In this document: positions 23,730 through 36,875 of the stretch, piece after piece
How positions within the stretch are numbered: position 1 is the stretch's first letter
Layout: each line of letters starts with the position of its first letter
Source: Octopus sinensis
Taxonomy: Eukaryota
NCBI RefSeq assembly: GCF_006345805.1
Contig: NC_043011.1
Span: forward strand, 43,970,464-44,034,463
Reading direction: 5' to 3'
DNA length: 64,000 bases
Made by a program: the position numbers and the translations under genes
The notes under the pieces: model-generated
The model's input: the letters and a program-made list of their open reading frames with translations, nothing else
Database searches by the model: none
Told to the model about the DNA's origin: nothing

Positions 23730-24097
23730 ATAAGAAACACATTCACTGGCTGCATTTCACTTCTTTAGTATTTGTTAGTTGGTTGGCTATTTAACCAACT
23801 AGCTAATCGATTGTTCGATTAATCATTCGTTTAATCCTTTAGTCACTTACGTTAGTCAAAGTTTTTTCGTTGCCATTCATGACCTTTTGAATGATATGCT
23901 CTCTCTGCTTCAGGTAGGCTTCAGGAATGTCATTGAAGAAATCGCGAATGGCAACGAAAACACGTTAACAAAAATAACTGATTGATTGTTTAACCGAATG
24001 ATTAGTCAAACAATCGATTAGTTAGTAGATTAAATAGCTAATTAACTGACAAATAATAATGAAGAAGTGAAATAGAACCAGTGCGTATGTTTATTAT
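23730..24097. repeat. Old fold-back/MITE-like inverted repeat
   Basis: Arms ~23730-23879 and ~23943-24097, roughly 80% complementary by eye. Confidence 0.7.
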
Positions 24098-24242
24098 TGA
24101 TATAATGACCGTCCCGAGATACAAAAAAATTAAAGAATTATATGAAAATCTTTTGTCTGCATAAGGTTATACGTTATACTTTCTACCGTTCGATTTAGTA
24201 ATTTATAGTGTTCTACATTCCTTTTCTTTTCTTTTTTGTTAC

Positions 24243-24328
<86 letters not shown>

Positions 24329-24329
24329 A

Positions 24330-24575
24330 TAAAAAATGGGACAAGAACGCAAAACATCCGGACAACTAGGTGATACAAAAAGAGACAACAAAACATCTAG
24401 ATAAACGATACAAAAAAAACAAGGACGGGTCATTCGAAGCTTTCTATCCTCAGTCAAGAACCGGATTATCCCCGCAATTTCGGCTGATTAATCTTCAGAT
24501 TGCTTCAATCTGGCCAGCCCCAAGCTCTTAGCTTAGTTTTTCCTTGGGCCAGATCAATCAGCCGAAATTGCGCTG
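24330..24575. mobile_element. Penelope-like terminal repeat with a local inversion
   Basis: 17-bp inverted repeat cgcaatttcggctgatt (24473-24489) / aatcagccgaaattgcg (~24556-24572); orientation switches after ccaag at 24524. Confidence 0.45.
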
Positions 24576-25134
24576 GTAATGGAAATTTGTAGGCTTGTTG
24601 TTGCCAAACGCGAGAAATGAAATTTAGAAAAGTCCCGCTATGATTTTTGGAACGAATATATCCCTCTACTCACTTTCTTAGATATTATGGAAATACAGGT
24701 ATTAACCTTCTTTTCTACTACGATAAGGAATATTTTCTTTCCTGGGTATTTAAGAAAATTAAGTTTAACATCGTAGCTATGGTCACTAAAACTATGACAC
24801 TGTCCGGAGTCAATTAATAAATAAACGATATTTACGAGTGTCACGTAATCTCTGGTGATTTGATAATATAGTTTGCTCATAAGATTTTCTTTATACAACG
24901 GATACTATAATTATTGTTAATGAAATACGTGTAAGATGATGTAACTAAATAAATATGAACTGAATCTCCTGTTCTTTGTTTGTTTGTTTGTTTTTCTATA
25001 TGTTCTCAGTGATCTTTCTTACTATGGAAACCAGTAAAAGGAAATTTGGATTGCAATACACGAATTCTCCTCGCAGTTTTCTCCCTTGGTGTATAACAGT
25101 GACAGTGTTTTAAATTCTCAAGTCATGCAATTTA

Positions 25135-25590
25135 AATTTAAATCACGTTGACACGCACAAACACACGTACAGCAAGTACATCAGGGTGGAGGTTTTTTTT
25201 TTCGTGATTTTCGGGACGAACCTTGTCTTCTAGGCTGTAGTTTCTGGCTCGGAATTTCTGGAACCACCGTTGACACTGGCTTACGCTTTTTGTCCGATCC
25301 CCATAAACTGCATTAATATTCCTCACACTTTCCGTTGTGGTGTTGCCTTTATTGAACTTATAAAGGTAAAATATGCATAATATATTCCTTTGTCACTTCC
25401 ATTATCGCTTCGAAAAAAAAAACTGTTAAGATCGAACTGCACTCTTCAAAACTTGCACTAAGAATAAACACATCATAAAATTACTACCTGCTTTTATAAC
25501 AAGATGATGCAGAAAGTTTATCCCGTCCCCCTCCGACTTTTATTTCATGAAATTGAAAAAAACCGCATTATTTATGGGATGGCCCAATAC
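25135..25590 (-). mobile_element. Mariner 5' fragment (TIR plus HTH region)
   Basis: TIR tattgggccatcccataaataatgcgg; ATG at 25402; ...RNINAVYGDRTKSVSQCQRWFQKFRARNYSLEDK is a mariner HTH signature. Confidence 0.85.
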
Positions 25591-26707
25591 TTTAAAATAT
25601 GACTTCAACAAGGTTTTTTTTTCTGTGACTTCATCTTCTGCCTCCACAGGGAGAGAGGGGGATGTAGTGTAACATCTACATGGAAAATTTTCTGAATTCG
25701 ATAAATTACAATATTTACGATATTTTTACATATTTGGAGGCTTTTGTGGAAGAAGAAGTCACATAAAAAAACCCCCATAAAAACTTGTTTTAGTCGTTGA
25801 TGATTTCTAGATGATTATTTCCATTCTGGAAGGTCTGCTGGGCACCACCAGTCATTCGCGGGTACTTAAGGACCAGTTGGTGATGTTAAGCCAGACAAAA
25901 GATCAAGTCGATCACACGAGTAAGCCATAGCGGGAGTTGAACTCTAAACGCAAGGATCTGGATCTAACGACTCAGCAGGTCGTGTGTATGTGTGCGCGCG
26001 CACATGTACCTGGTTCTTTTGTGTGAATGGTGGATTGTTCCCTGTACATTATTTTCTCATTAAAAGGTCCTTGAGTATGACTGAGATTGCAGAGTTCTTG
26101 TGTGGTTATGGATCCCTCATATGACATTCCAATGAGATAACAATTACACGTGGTCACATTTAGTGTAACGTGTAGCGGCTTAACTACTGTTGCCTTGGCG
26201 ATGTACTGCAGCTTTCGGAGGGCACTGACTTGGTTTACTGTTAACGAGAACAAGGGTGACAAATCTGTTTTCTCCAACAATCAGGGTAGAGAACTCCTGT
26301 CTATTCTTTATATTTTAAGGCTAGGTTCACACCAAGGTCATACAGGTACAACATCAGTTTTCCGAAATTTTTTGTTCCAAAGCCTTTCCAGATAATTGGA
26401 AAGGCTTTGTGGTCACCTTGGCCAACGCACTCTAAATTAAACAAATGCTGTATGTTCTTGTGGCTGTGTGGTAAGAAGCTTGCTTCCCATCAACATGATT
26501 CCGGGCAAGTGTCTTCTATTATAGCGAAGGGCCGACCAAAGCCTTATGAATGGATTTGGTAGACGGAAACTGAAAGAAGCCCGTCGTGTATGCATGTATG
26601 TATATATATATATATATATGTAAGATGGTTAATTTAAATTAAATATCGATCTTATCAAGTGGGCAGCATGGAAATATAAACCTTCAAAGGTAATAATTAT
26701 TATTAAA

Positions 26708-26901
26708 ATTATAATTTAGGGTATCTATGAGATACCGCCATGCTGAAAATAGCAACCAAAATCTGACTCTAAAACCACATTAAATGTTCATACAGCACAA
26801 GGAAAGAAGACAAAAAGACAAAATATAACTAGCAAAAAATTCCTGGATAGTCAGATTTTGGCTGCTATTTTCAGCATGGCGATATCTCGTAGATACCCTA
26901 A

Positions 26902-26909
<8 letters not shown>
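26708..26909. repeat. 61-bp inverted repeat with 80-bp spacer
   Basis: Arms 26708-26768 and 26849-26909, 3 mismatches. Confidence 0.85.
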
Positions 26910-26969
<60 letters not shown>

Positions 26970-27162
26970 GTATATATGTATGTATGTATATATGTATGTA
27001 TGTATATATATATATATGTATATATATATATGTATATATGTATGTATATATATATGTATGTATATATATATGTATATATATATGTATGTATATATATATG
27101 TATGTATATATATATATTATGTATATATATATGTGTATGTATATATATATGTGTATGTATAT

Positions 27163-27259
<97 letters not shown>

Positions 27260-27260
27260 G
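26910..27260. repeat. (TA)n/(TATG)n microsatellite
   Basis: Direct reading. Confidence 0.97.
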
Positions 27261-27724
27261 ATTTAGTTGAATTAGGTACTTAAATTGAGGCATCTTGTTT
27301 GATTGATCTAATTTGCAAACCCAGACGATATCAGGTGAATATCAAACTCTGTGCAGAAGTGTTTGCACTTGATATTCTAAAAATGTATGCATTTAACAGA
27401 CCCCCAACTTAGTGAAGAGATTTGCTCTTGGTTGCTCAGACATGTACTTTATATAAAAATACTTTCTCTAATATTTCCGAAGTGCAGATTCAAGGACAGA
27501 TGAATACAATATAGATGAGTAACAAAGATGTACAGGTGTCAATTCATTACGGCCGTTTCAAGCCGTAATAATTTATTTTAATTGATTAATGAAAACATTA
27601 CATCATTACAAATAAACTGCTTTCGTCAGATGACTGCATAGACTTCAAACACAAAGGACCAACCAACTGCTTTAACATATTTGTAACACCAACTGGAGCT
27701 CAAATATTTACATTGATTACGCTA

Positions 27725-27935
27725 CTATTTCGTTGGCAGAATTTGGATTCTGTTGTTGTGTGGAACCACAAGGGAAGGGTATGTTCTGTTGTGAAAATCA
27801 GCTGACCTTTGGACACTAATGTGGTTAGAAAAATACAAGATAAAGAGGATATCTATGGACCATTGACAAAGAGTTTGCAAATCCAGTACCCAGGGTACAG
27901 TTTCAAGTTCATAGCTATTATGGTAAGAACACGGT
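27725..27935 (+). mobile_element. R4-like non-LTR retrotransposon RLE fragment, copy 1
   Basis: LDSVVVWNHKGRVCSVVKIS*PLDTNVVRKIQDKEDIYGPLTKSLQIQYPGYSFKFIAI parallels copy 2. Confidence 0.6.
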
Positions 27936-28090
27936 TCGTTAATTCATACATTACAAATCATACATACGATATCTGGGACTGTAAAAATCTGCAAAACCTT
28001 CTTAAGATTTACAAGATTGATGAAGAAAACAGGTTGCTTTGCTTCACAACCTTGCTAACAAGCAGGCGGTCGATCAAAATTTATTCTAAA

Positions 28091-28445
28091 CTAGCAGTAT
28101 CGCCCGGCGTTACTCGGGTTTGTTTCGACCCTTTAGAATTGGAATTTTTGAAAAGTAAAAACTTTGCATTATGTAGCTTGTTATTCTCTTTAAGTGAACA
28201 TTGGCGACACAGCAGTCAAAAAATCGTAAAAAATAGGGATTTTCCTAGCACCTTTTTGATGTAAATAATTTTTTGTGTTAACATGGTCCGATTTGAATTT
28301 TATCTTCTACGGAATGAAGAGCAAGCCTTCTTCTATCAAACTCTCAATTTTGGTCAACTTGCGCAGCAGGGTCTCGGAGGAGATAGTGTTAGTTGAAGGT
28401 TACCAAACCTGCCACACACACAGACTTCAGCTTTATATAGAGAGA
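28091..28445 (-). mobile_element. Non-autonomous Helitron
   Basis: Minus 5' a|TCtctctatataaagc; 3' end ...acaaacccgagtaacgccgggcgatactgCTAG|t is nearly identical to 578-610. Confidence 0.85.
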
Positions 28446-28574
28446 TGATTAAAAAGAGAGAGGACACATACATACATACATACATACATACATACATACA
28501 TACATACATACATACATACATACATACATACATACATACATACATACATACATACATACATACATACATAAAGT

Positions 28575-29170
28575 ACGTCACGGTACTACCTCCCTATGCG
28601 GCACGATGTTGTCGCTAAAATAATTTACAATGCCATCCGCAAAAATGACCGCCCTGAAATAAACTTTGAAAATCCCTCTGTTATGGAATACATTCATAAG
28701 CACCAACTCAAGGAATACTGGTGGAAGATTCGCATCAAAACTTCTGTCAAATGTAAATATAACAGGCTGGATGTTGTTGTTTGGGACAGAGTGGCAAAGG
28801 TATGTACCGTCATAAAGGTCAGCTGCTCTTGAAAATCAAAGAAAAAGAGGATATCTATATACAGCTGCTTCGATACCTCCAGCTTCTGTATCCAGACTAT
28901 GAATTCATATTCATAACAATAATAATTGGAGCACTAGGTTTTGTTAGTAAATGGTTAAAGGAGAATCTGGATATACTGGGATTTTCAGAAAGAGAAATCG
29001 ACCGGCCAATTCGTACATTACAAGTGCAGTCTGTGAGTGGAACAGTAAAAATATTCAAGACTTTTCTCAAGTTCCAAATGTGAATTTGTCTGTGTTCACT
29101 ACATCCAAAGATGGAGCCTTGTATGTTTATTGTAAACTGGCTCCCTCCTCAAGAGAAGATTTATAATAAT
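28575..29170 (+). mobile_element. R4-like non-LTR retrotransposon 3' end (restriction-like endonuclease), copy 2
   Basis: YLPMRHDVVAKIIYNAI...NRLDVVVWDR...CTVIKVSC...KEKEDIY...IIIGALG: RHD and degenerate PD..D-type motifs; frameshifted. Confidence 0.75.
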
Positions 29171-29229
29171 TAAAAAATAGAAGAGACATACAGACAGATA
29201 GACAGATGGACGGTCGAACGGAGATAGAC

Positions 29230-29332
29230 ATGCTCCGATGAAGCTATGGCGTCATACTCAAGCATTCAACCATGAGTGCGTTGCATCTTATAGCAGAAAC
29301 AGACACGTTATGTTGGCAATGTGTCTCAGCAT
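29230..29332 (+). ncRNA. Degenerate hammerhead motif (U4C core, damaged cleavage triplet)
   Basis: atgct CCGATGA a gctat ... atagc a GAAA c agacac ... gtgtct c agcat; stems I, II and III pair, but 2 nt appear missing before the cleavage site. Confidence 0.4.
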
Positions 29333-30009
29333 TGGAAGGATGCGGACATCGTTGACCAGCAACAAAATCAAGGGTGACAAATCTGTTTTTCTCCAGCAAT
29401 AAAGATGGGAAACCTCTTTCAGCTTCTACCTAGCTAATTCATTTACAAGGCTTTGGTCGGCCTGCGGTTATAATAGAAGATACTTGCTTAAGGTGTTATG
29501 CTGTGGGACTGAACCTAAGACCATATGGTTCAGAAGTAAGCTTCTCAACCTCTCAACCAAATTCGTGAATCACTTCTGTCAGTTCCACACAGAGATGATG
29601 ATTCGAGCTGTTATTGAAGATGAGAAAGAAATCTGAGCCGTTCAGAGTATTTATAGGAGTTTAGCAAAGCTGTCAGTTGGCTCCTGGACTGTTTAATATC
29701 TTTCTCATCTGTGTAACTTGATTATTACGTAGAAGGATGGAAAAGGATGTGGGAATCACTAAATGGGAGCCTCTTCAAGAATAAAAGTTTACGGACCTCT
29801 AGCAAGTTCTGCGCAATAACAGCTCATGCTCTAGAAGCGCTAAGTGTCAAAGTGACAGCTTATGATAGAAGGGGGCCCAACTAATGTTTAAAAAAAATGA
29901 ATAAACAGAAGTCACTTACCATAGGCACACAGCGCCAGCCTTCCCGAGCCCACATTCCCTACACAATAACAACAGCAGCAACAACAACAACACGATCAAC
30001 AACAGCAAC

Positions 30010-30200
30010 AGTGGAGGCACAATGTGGTTAGGGCAGCGAACTCGCGGTCGTAAGAACGCGGTTTCGATTCCTAGACTGGGTATTGTGAGTGTTTATTGAG
30101 CAAAAACACCTAAGCTCCACGAGGCTCCGGCGGGTGGTGGTGGTGAACCCCGCTATACTCTTTCAGCACAACTTTCTCCCACTCTTTCTTCCTACTTCTG
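30010..30200 (+). mobile_element. OR-type SINE, 3' truncated
   Basis: ggaggcacaatgtggttagggcagcgaactcgcggtcgtaag head. Confidence 0.85.
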
Positions 30201-30536
30201 TCACGAAGTAGAGGAACCATGGTGTAACCCGCTATGGTGTGGTAAACTTTCAGACCCTAGTCTAGATGGCGAATCCTCTGTACCCCAGGATGGTTCATCT
30301 CTCCACCTGTTAAAAGCCACCGTTTACGGAATGAGGATAACTATGTAGCTTTCGCACCCGTGCAACCGCCAGTCTATCGCATGTGGTGGGTGGATCTTCA
30401 AGTTTCCACACACATTCTTAGTAGCTTAGAGTAGGCTCGAATTAGAGATTATTCTTAGTGGCCAATGGCGTGAGACCTGATTGGAAGAAGAAGAAGAAGA
30501 AGAAGAAGAAGAAGAAGAAGAAGAAGAAGAAGAAGG
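30200..30536 (+). mobile_element. Retroposon 3' end with (GAA)n tail
   Basis: Unique-looking body ending agtggccaatggcgtgagacctgattg(gaa)n; family not identified. Confidence 0.5.
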
Positions 30537-30799
30537 AGAAAATCAGTTTGTGTTATACTGATGTATACCTTGTGGTATTTACACCATTAAAAGGGTCATC
30601 ATTCAATACGGTGACCTCAGACATTGGATAAATAGAGATCTGTAGTTTAATGTATAAGGGATAAGACCTGCACCCCTCAAGTGTTACAGACCTTTCATCC
30701 TGTAACAGATCCATTAAATGAGTATCACCTTATGTTCTGGGATCGATGTGATTATATTAAAAGTAGTGCTCCAGCATGACCGCAGTCCACTGGTTAAAA

Positions 30800-31894
30800 C
30801 TTCTAAATAATATCTCCCTATACTCCTTTTGTCTCTCGTTATTTCTCCTCTTCCCTCCTCCCTCTCTCTCTCTCTCTCTCACAATCTCCCTCTATTTCAA
30901 CCTCTTAACTTTATTTACTCCTAACCCGACCCCCTCTCTATTGTTCTCCTCCTCCTCCTCCTCTTCTACATTATTTCCTCTCGTTCCTCTCTCATTGTTT
31001 TCATCCTCCCCCTGTATCTCAACTATTTTTACCTTATCACCTTCCTTACTTGTTCACACTCCTCAAGATTCATTTACTCTCTCCCTCCCTCCCTCTTTCC
31101 CTCTCGGTCTTCCTTTTCCTCTCCGTTTCTTTCTCTACTTTTTCTCCCTCTCTCTTCCTTTCTTTCACTCTTTTTCTGAATCTCTACCTCTCTTTCTACT
31201 TTGCCCTTCCTCTGACAGCTACTCTCTCTTTCTCCCTTTATATCTATCCTCTCTCTCCACTCACTTTCTACTTTCTTCCCCGTCTCAGTGCTTACTTTCT
31301 CTTTAATATATTCTTCCCTCCCTCTTACGTTCTCCAACTTTATCTCCATCCCAACCACGCTTTACCTTCTTTATCCTTCCCTTTCTTTCCGTTTACTCAC
31401 TCTCACTCTCTCATACTATCTTACTCTCTATTCCTTTCACTCTTCCCCCACTTTCCCATCCTATCCTTTATATCTTTCATGCTCTTTCATTTATTTATCT
31501 ATCTTTCTTTTCTTTTCAGTCCCTTTCAAATACTTGCTTCTCTCTCTCGCTCTTTCTTATTAGCCTTTCTATTCTTCTCATTCTTCCTCACATGCTTGGT
31601 TCTATCTCCTCCATCTCTTTTTCTATGTAGCTTCCCATATCCTTTCGCAATCCCTCGCATACTTGCTTCTCTCTCTCTCTCTCTCAAAATATCAGCTTTT
31701 CGACTTCTTTCGTTCTCTCATTCTGTTACATAGTGCCTCTCTTTTTCTCTTTCCCTCTTACATAGTTGTCTCTCTCTTTCTCACACACATAGTCACTTCC
31801 CTCTCACTCACTCATTCATTCACCCCTTCTCTGATTTTGTCTTTCTATACCTTTACACTCCCTTCTCTCCCTCTCTTTTTCTCTTGGATAGTCG

Positions 31895-31931
<37 letters not shown>

Positions 31932-32000
31932 TTTCTCTCTCTGTGTTCGCTCTCATTTACTCACTACTTCCTATCTATCTACCTGCCAATCCTCTCTATC
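30800..32000. repeat. 1.2-kb polypyrimidine (CT-rich) low-complexity tract
   Basis: Direct reading; similar tracts at 49150-49620 (CT) and 58365-58720 (GA, including four ~38-bp tandem units). Confidence 0.9.
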
Positions 32001-32383
32001 TCAATACATCTCTGCCCGCACCTCATACCGCTCGCTCCCAGCCTCGCTCTGGCCATTCACTAAGAGAGAGGGGGAGAGAGAGAAAGAGAGAGAGATACAT
32101 AAAAATGGCTACAGCGTGTCAGGTTTGATGGAAAGTTGACTTCTTTTCCCTGTCTCGCAATACATTCCTACAGAGACACAAACACACAAATTTATACAGA
32201 AATTCATAAATATATATATGCATATATAATTATGGCCAGATTTTAAAAAATGCGTGTTTGAGAAGGAAAAAAATTATACTATATGATGTTGATACCGCTG
32301 ATGTCTACGTAAATAAACTTTCCACAGGCATATACATACATATAATTATATATATAAATATATCTGTATATATATAATATATA

Positions 32384-32416
<33 letters not shown>

Positions 32417-32550
32417 CACTACACACACACGTATATATAGATGTATATATACACACTGTTGCTTCTCTTCGTTCATTGATCTTTCTTCATTCATAGAAAA
32501 TAACGGAGCACACCAACAACCGCTCCTGGACATAGAAACACACAAAAGCT

Positions 32551-32588
<38 letters not shown>

Positions 32589-32761
32589 TATATACCATGT
32601 GATATTCTAGGCATAATAATAATAATAATATTATTGTTGTTATTATTAATTAAAATAATTATGTTTCATTTATTAACCAGCAAGAGTTGACAATAATAAT
32701 TAAGGTTATTAAAGAAGCATCCCGGTGAAAGAGCAAGTGTCATATATACATACATACATCT

Positions 32762-32800
<39 letters not shown>

Positions 32801-34003
32801 TGAGAGAGGTAGAAAGAGATAAAGAAGGAATAGAAAATAGAGAAAGGAAGAGTAAAAAGAATATTTCGACAATCCAGTTCCCCCGCACTATATCACACTA
32901 TATACAATAACAAATAACAACCGCTGTTACCAACGACAACCACCACCACTACCACCACCTCCACTACATCCAGCACCTATACTACTATACTACATTGTCA
33001 TCGTCACCTCTAATGTATTATAAATACTTCACAGCGTGTATACATTATAATAATAATAATAATAATAATAGTAATAGTAATAATAATATATCGGACTGGA
33101 ACCAAACCGAACCGAACCGAACCAAGCCAAGCCATTCTAACAGAGACGGTAACGAAGCCAATCATTATCAACAAGCGGCACCACTCTTTCTACTGCATCC
33201 TGTACTACAATTAGATTGATCAATTAATTAACTAATTAAATTAATTGTCATTAATGTAAAACAGCACCACTGGAATCGTTTCAAAACCATTTAACAAATA
33301 ACTACACCTTTCTGTAAACTACCAGTGGATTAATTATTTATTCTAATTACTGGAATTTACCAAACCAAACCAAACCGTTTACCAATTTATCAATCAACCT
33401 TCGCTACCTCCACCACCACTACCACCATCACCACCATCACCACCACAGTCCACTACAACACTCACCACAATCATCATCATTGACAACACAGTAGAGATCA
33501 GGATGATGATGTTGGTGGTAACTTGTTGAATGTCAGTCTGTCTCTCCGTCTGTCTGTTTTCTTTCATTCTTTCTTTCTAACTTTCTTCTATTTCTCTCCT
33601 TTCTTTTTTCTTTCTTTCTTTCTTTTCTCTTTCTCTTTACGTCTACCTCTCTCTCTCTCTCTCTTTGTTTTTCAACCGTTTCCCTTCCTTTGTTTTTAAA
33701 TATTTTATTTAATTATTGTTTTTTTTTTTATCTTTTGATAAAATTCTTTTCTTGTCAAACTTGTGAAAAAGAAAAAAAAAACAAAAACAAAAGAAAACAA
33801 GAAATCTCGAGACATCCCCCCACCCCCACCCACAATAAAAGTACACACAACTACACACACAAACATACACACACACATAATACACAGATACAATACGCAC
33901 ATACATACACAAATTAGGCAGATATCATACTGACAGATTCACAAACGGACATATATACATACATATAAACAGATATAATATACGTTCACATACCACCACA
34001 CAC

Positions 34004-34048
<45 letters not shown>

Positions 34049-34080
34049 TATATACACACGCACACACACACACACACACA

Positions 34081-34673
34081 CTATCCATCCCAGCTACAAC
34101 AGGTACACACATGTATATCTGTCTACATATCATTGAAGGAGAAGAGAGGGCTTAGGAAGAAAGTCACTCCCTCTCTCTAGAAACACTACTTCTATATACA
34201 CACATGCGGATGTATATACTACATACTAAACACTAACTATATATATATATTTAAATATATATATATTTATATATCATAAAATAAAAAGGTTGAGAGACGT
34301 TGCCTGTATTTTGGTGGCAAAATGGCAGTATCGGATTACTCTGAGTCTATGGTGTCACATCTATATACACAGGTAAGTGACTATATATATACGTATTATT
34401 CACTTTGAAAATGCTGTATACACGAATTATAGACATATATACAGCGATCAATGCCATGTATATATAAATATGTATATATAAACATGTATAAGCACAGATA
34501 CAGATATATGTATATCTAAACAGGCGTGTGTATTATATGGTCTGTACGTGTATGGGATGGTATATATTAGATGTAGTGTGCACATTACTATATTACTAAC
34601 ATATATATATATATACTCGTATTGACACACAGTTAAACATAAATGTCCATGTATGTGTGTCTCTCTTTCTATA

Positions 34674-34752
<79 letters not shown>

Positions 34753-35395
34753 CACACACACGACATACATCTATATAGAAGACTACTTTTGTTTACACAC
34801 AATGGCAGTGACTACACGTATGGGACGGTATATATATATATATATTACATAAATGGCGATCTTTCCATTAGGGTCTCAGCTGTGTATATATATATATATA
34901 TATACACGCCTTAATGTGTGTGCAGACGAAAGTAAAAAAAGAGCACTCAATACACTGTGTTGAGTTTATATTCATAGGTGAAGGTGTATATATATATTTA
35001 TATATATATATATATATATGTATATATAGATGTGTATATATATATATATATATATTATTGAATGGGGCGTAATACTTGCATAAACATATACACCGATTTG
35101 ATGGAACGTATATATTAAACACACACATACACACATGCAATACAGACTCTGCGTTTACATAATAGATATTCTCTTTATATGCGCATATATTATAGCAGTG
35201 CATGTATAATACATATAATATATATGTATAATATATATATATATATATATACACGCACATCACATCACATACACACTCAATGTATATGAGCTCTGTGTGT
35301 CCTGGAAACAGGTTGGCTTCCTGTCCTGTAACGTCATCATGATTGGGATCCGTCCAGTGAAAGGTGTCTACACACCTGAATGTATAGGCACTCAG

Positions 35396-35453
<58 letters not shown>

Positions 35454-36094
35454 CACACACACACACACACACACACTATCCATCCCAGCTACAACAGGTA
35501 CACACATGTATATCTGTCTACATATCATTGAAGGAGAAGAGAGGGCTTAGGAAGAAAGTCACTCCCTCTCTCTAGAAACACTACTTCTATATACACACAT
35601 GCGGATGTATATACTACATACTAAACACTAACTATATATATATATTTAAATATATATATATTATATATATTATATATATTATATATCATAAAATAAAAAG
35701 GTTGAGAGACGTTGCCTGTATTTTGGTGGCAAAATGGCAGTATCGGATTACTCTGAGTCTATGGTGTCACATCTATATACACAGGTAAGTGACTATATAT
35801 ATACGTATTATTCACTTTGAAAATGCTGTATACACGAATTATAGACATATATACAGCGATCAATGCCATGTATATATAAATATGTATATATAAACATGTA
35901 TAAGCACAGATACAGATATATGTATATCTAAACAGGCGTGTGTATTATATGGTCTGTACGTGTATGGGATGGTATATATTAGATGTAGTGTGCACATTAC
36001 TATATTACTAACATATATATATATATACTCGTATTGACACACAGTTAAACATAAATGTCCATGTATGTGTGTCTCTCTTTCTATACTTATACTT

Positions 36095-36158
<64 letters not shown>

Positions 36159-36803
36159 ATATACACACACACGACATACATCTATATAGAAGACTACTTT
36201 TGTTTACACACAATGGCAGTGACTACACGTATGGGACGGTATATATATATATATATATTACATAAATGGCGATCTTTCCATTAGGGTCTCAGCTGTGTAT
36301 ATATATATATATATATACACGCCTTATGTGTGTGCAGACGAAAGTAAAAAAAGAGCACTCAATACACTGTGTTGAGTTTATATTCATAGGTGAAGGTGTA
36401 TATATATATTTATATATATATATATATATATGTATATATAGATGTGTATATATATATATATATATATTATTGAATGGGGCGTAATACTTGCATAAACATA
36501 TACACCGATTTGATGGAACGTATATATTAAACACACACATACACACATGCAATACAGACTCTGCGTTTACATAATAGATATTCTCTTTATATGCGCATAT
36601 ATTATAGCAGTGCATGTATAATACATATAATATATATGTATAATATATATATATATATACACGCACATCACATCACATACACACTCAATGTATATGAGCT
36701 CTGTGTGTCCTGGAAACAGGTTGGCTTCCTGTCCTGTAACGTCATCATGATTGGGATCCGTCCAGTGAAAGGTGTCTACACACCTGAATGTATAGGCACT
36801 CAG

Positions 36804-36851
<48 letters not shown>

Positions 36852-36875
36852 TATTATATACACACACACACACAC
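34081..36875. repeat. Tandem duplication, two ~1.4-kb copies
   Basis: ctatccatcccagctac at 34081 and 35476 (offset 1395); copies differ almost only in microsatellite lengths. Confidence 0.95.

Noticed and set aside
30776-32139. Leu/Ser/Phe-rich 'membrane protein' ORFs
   Set aside because: They arise from the CT-rich low-complexity tract.
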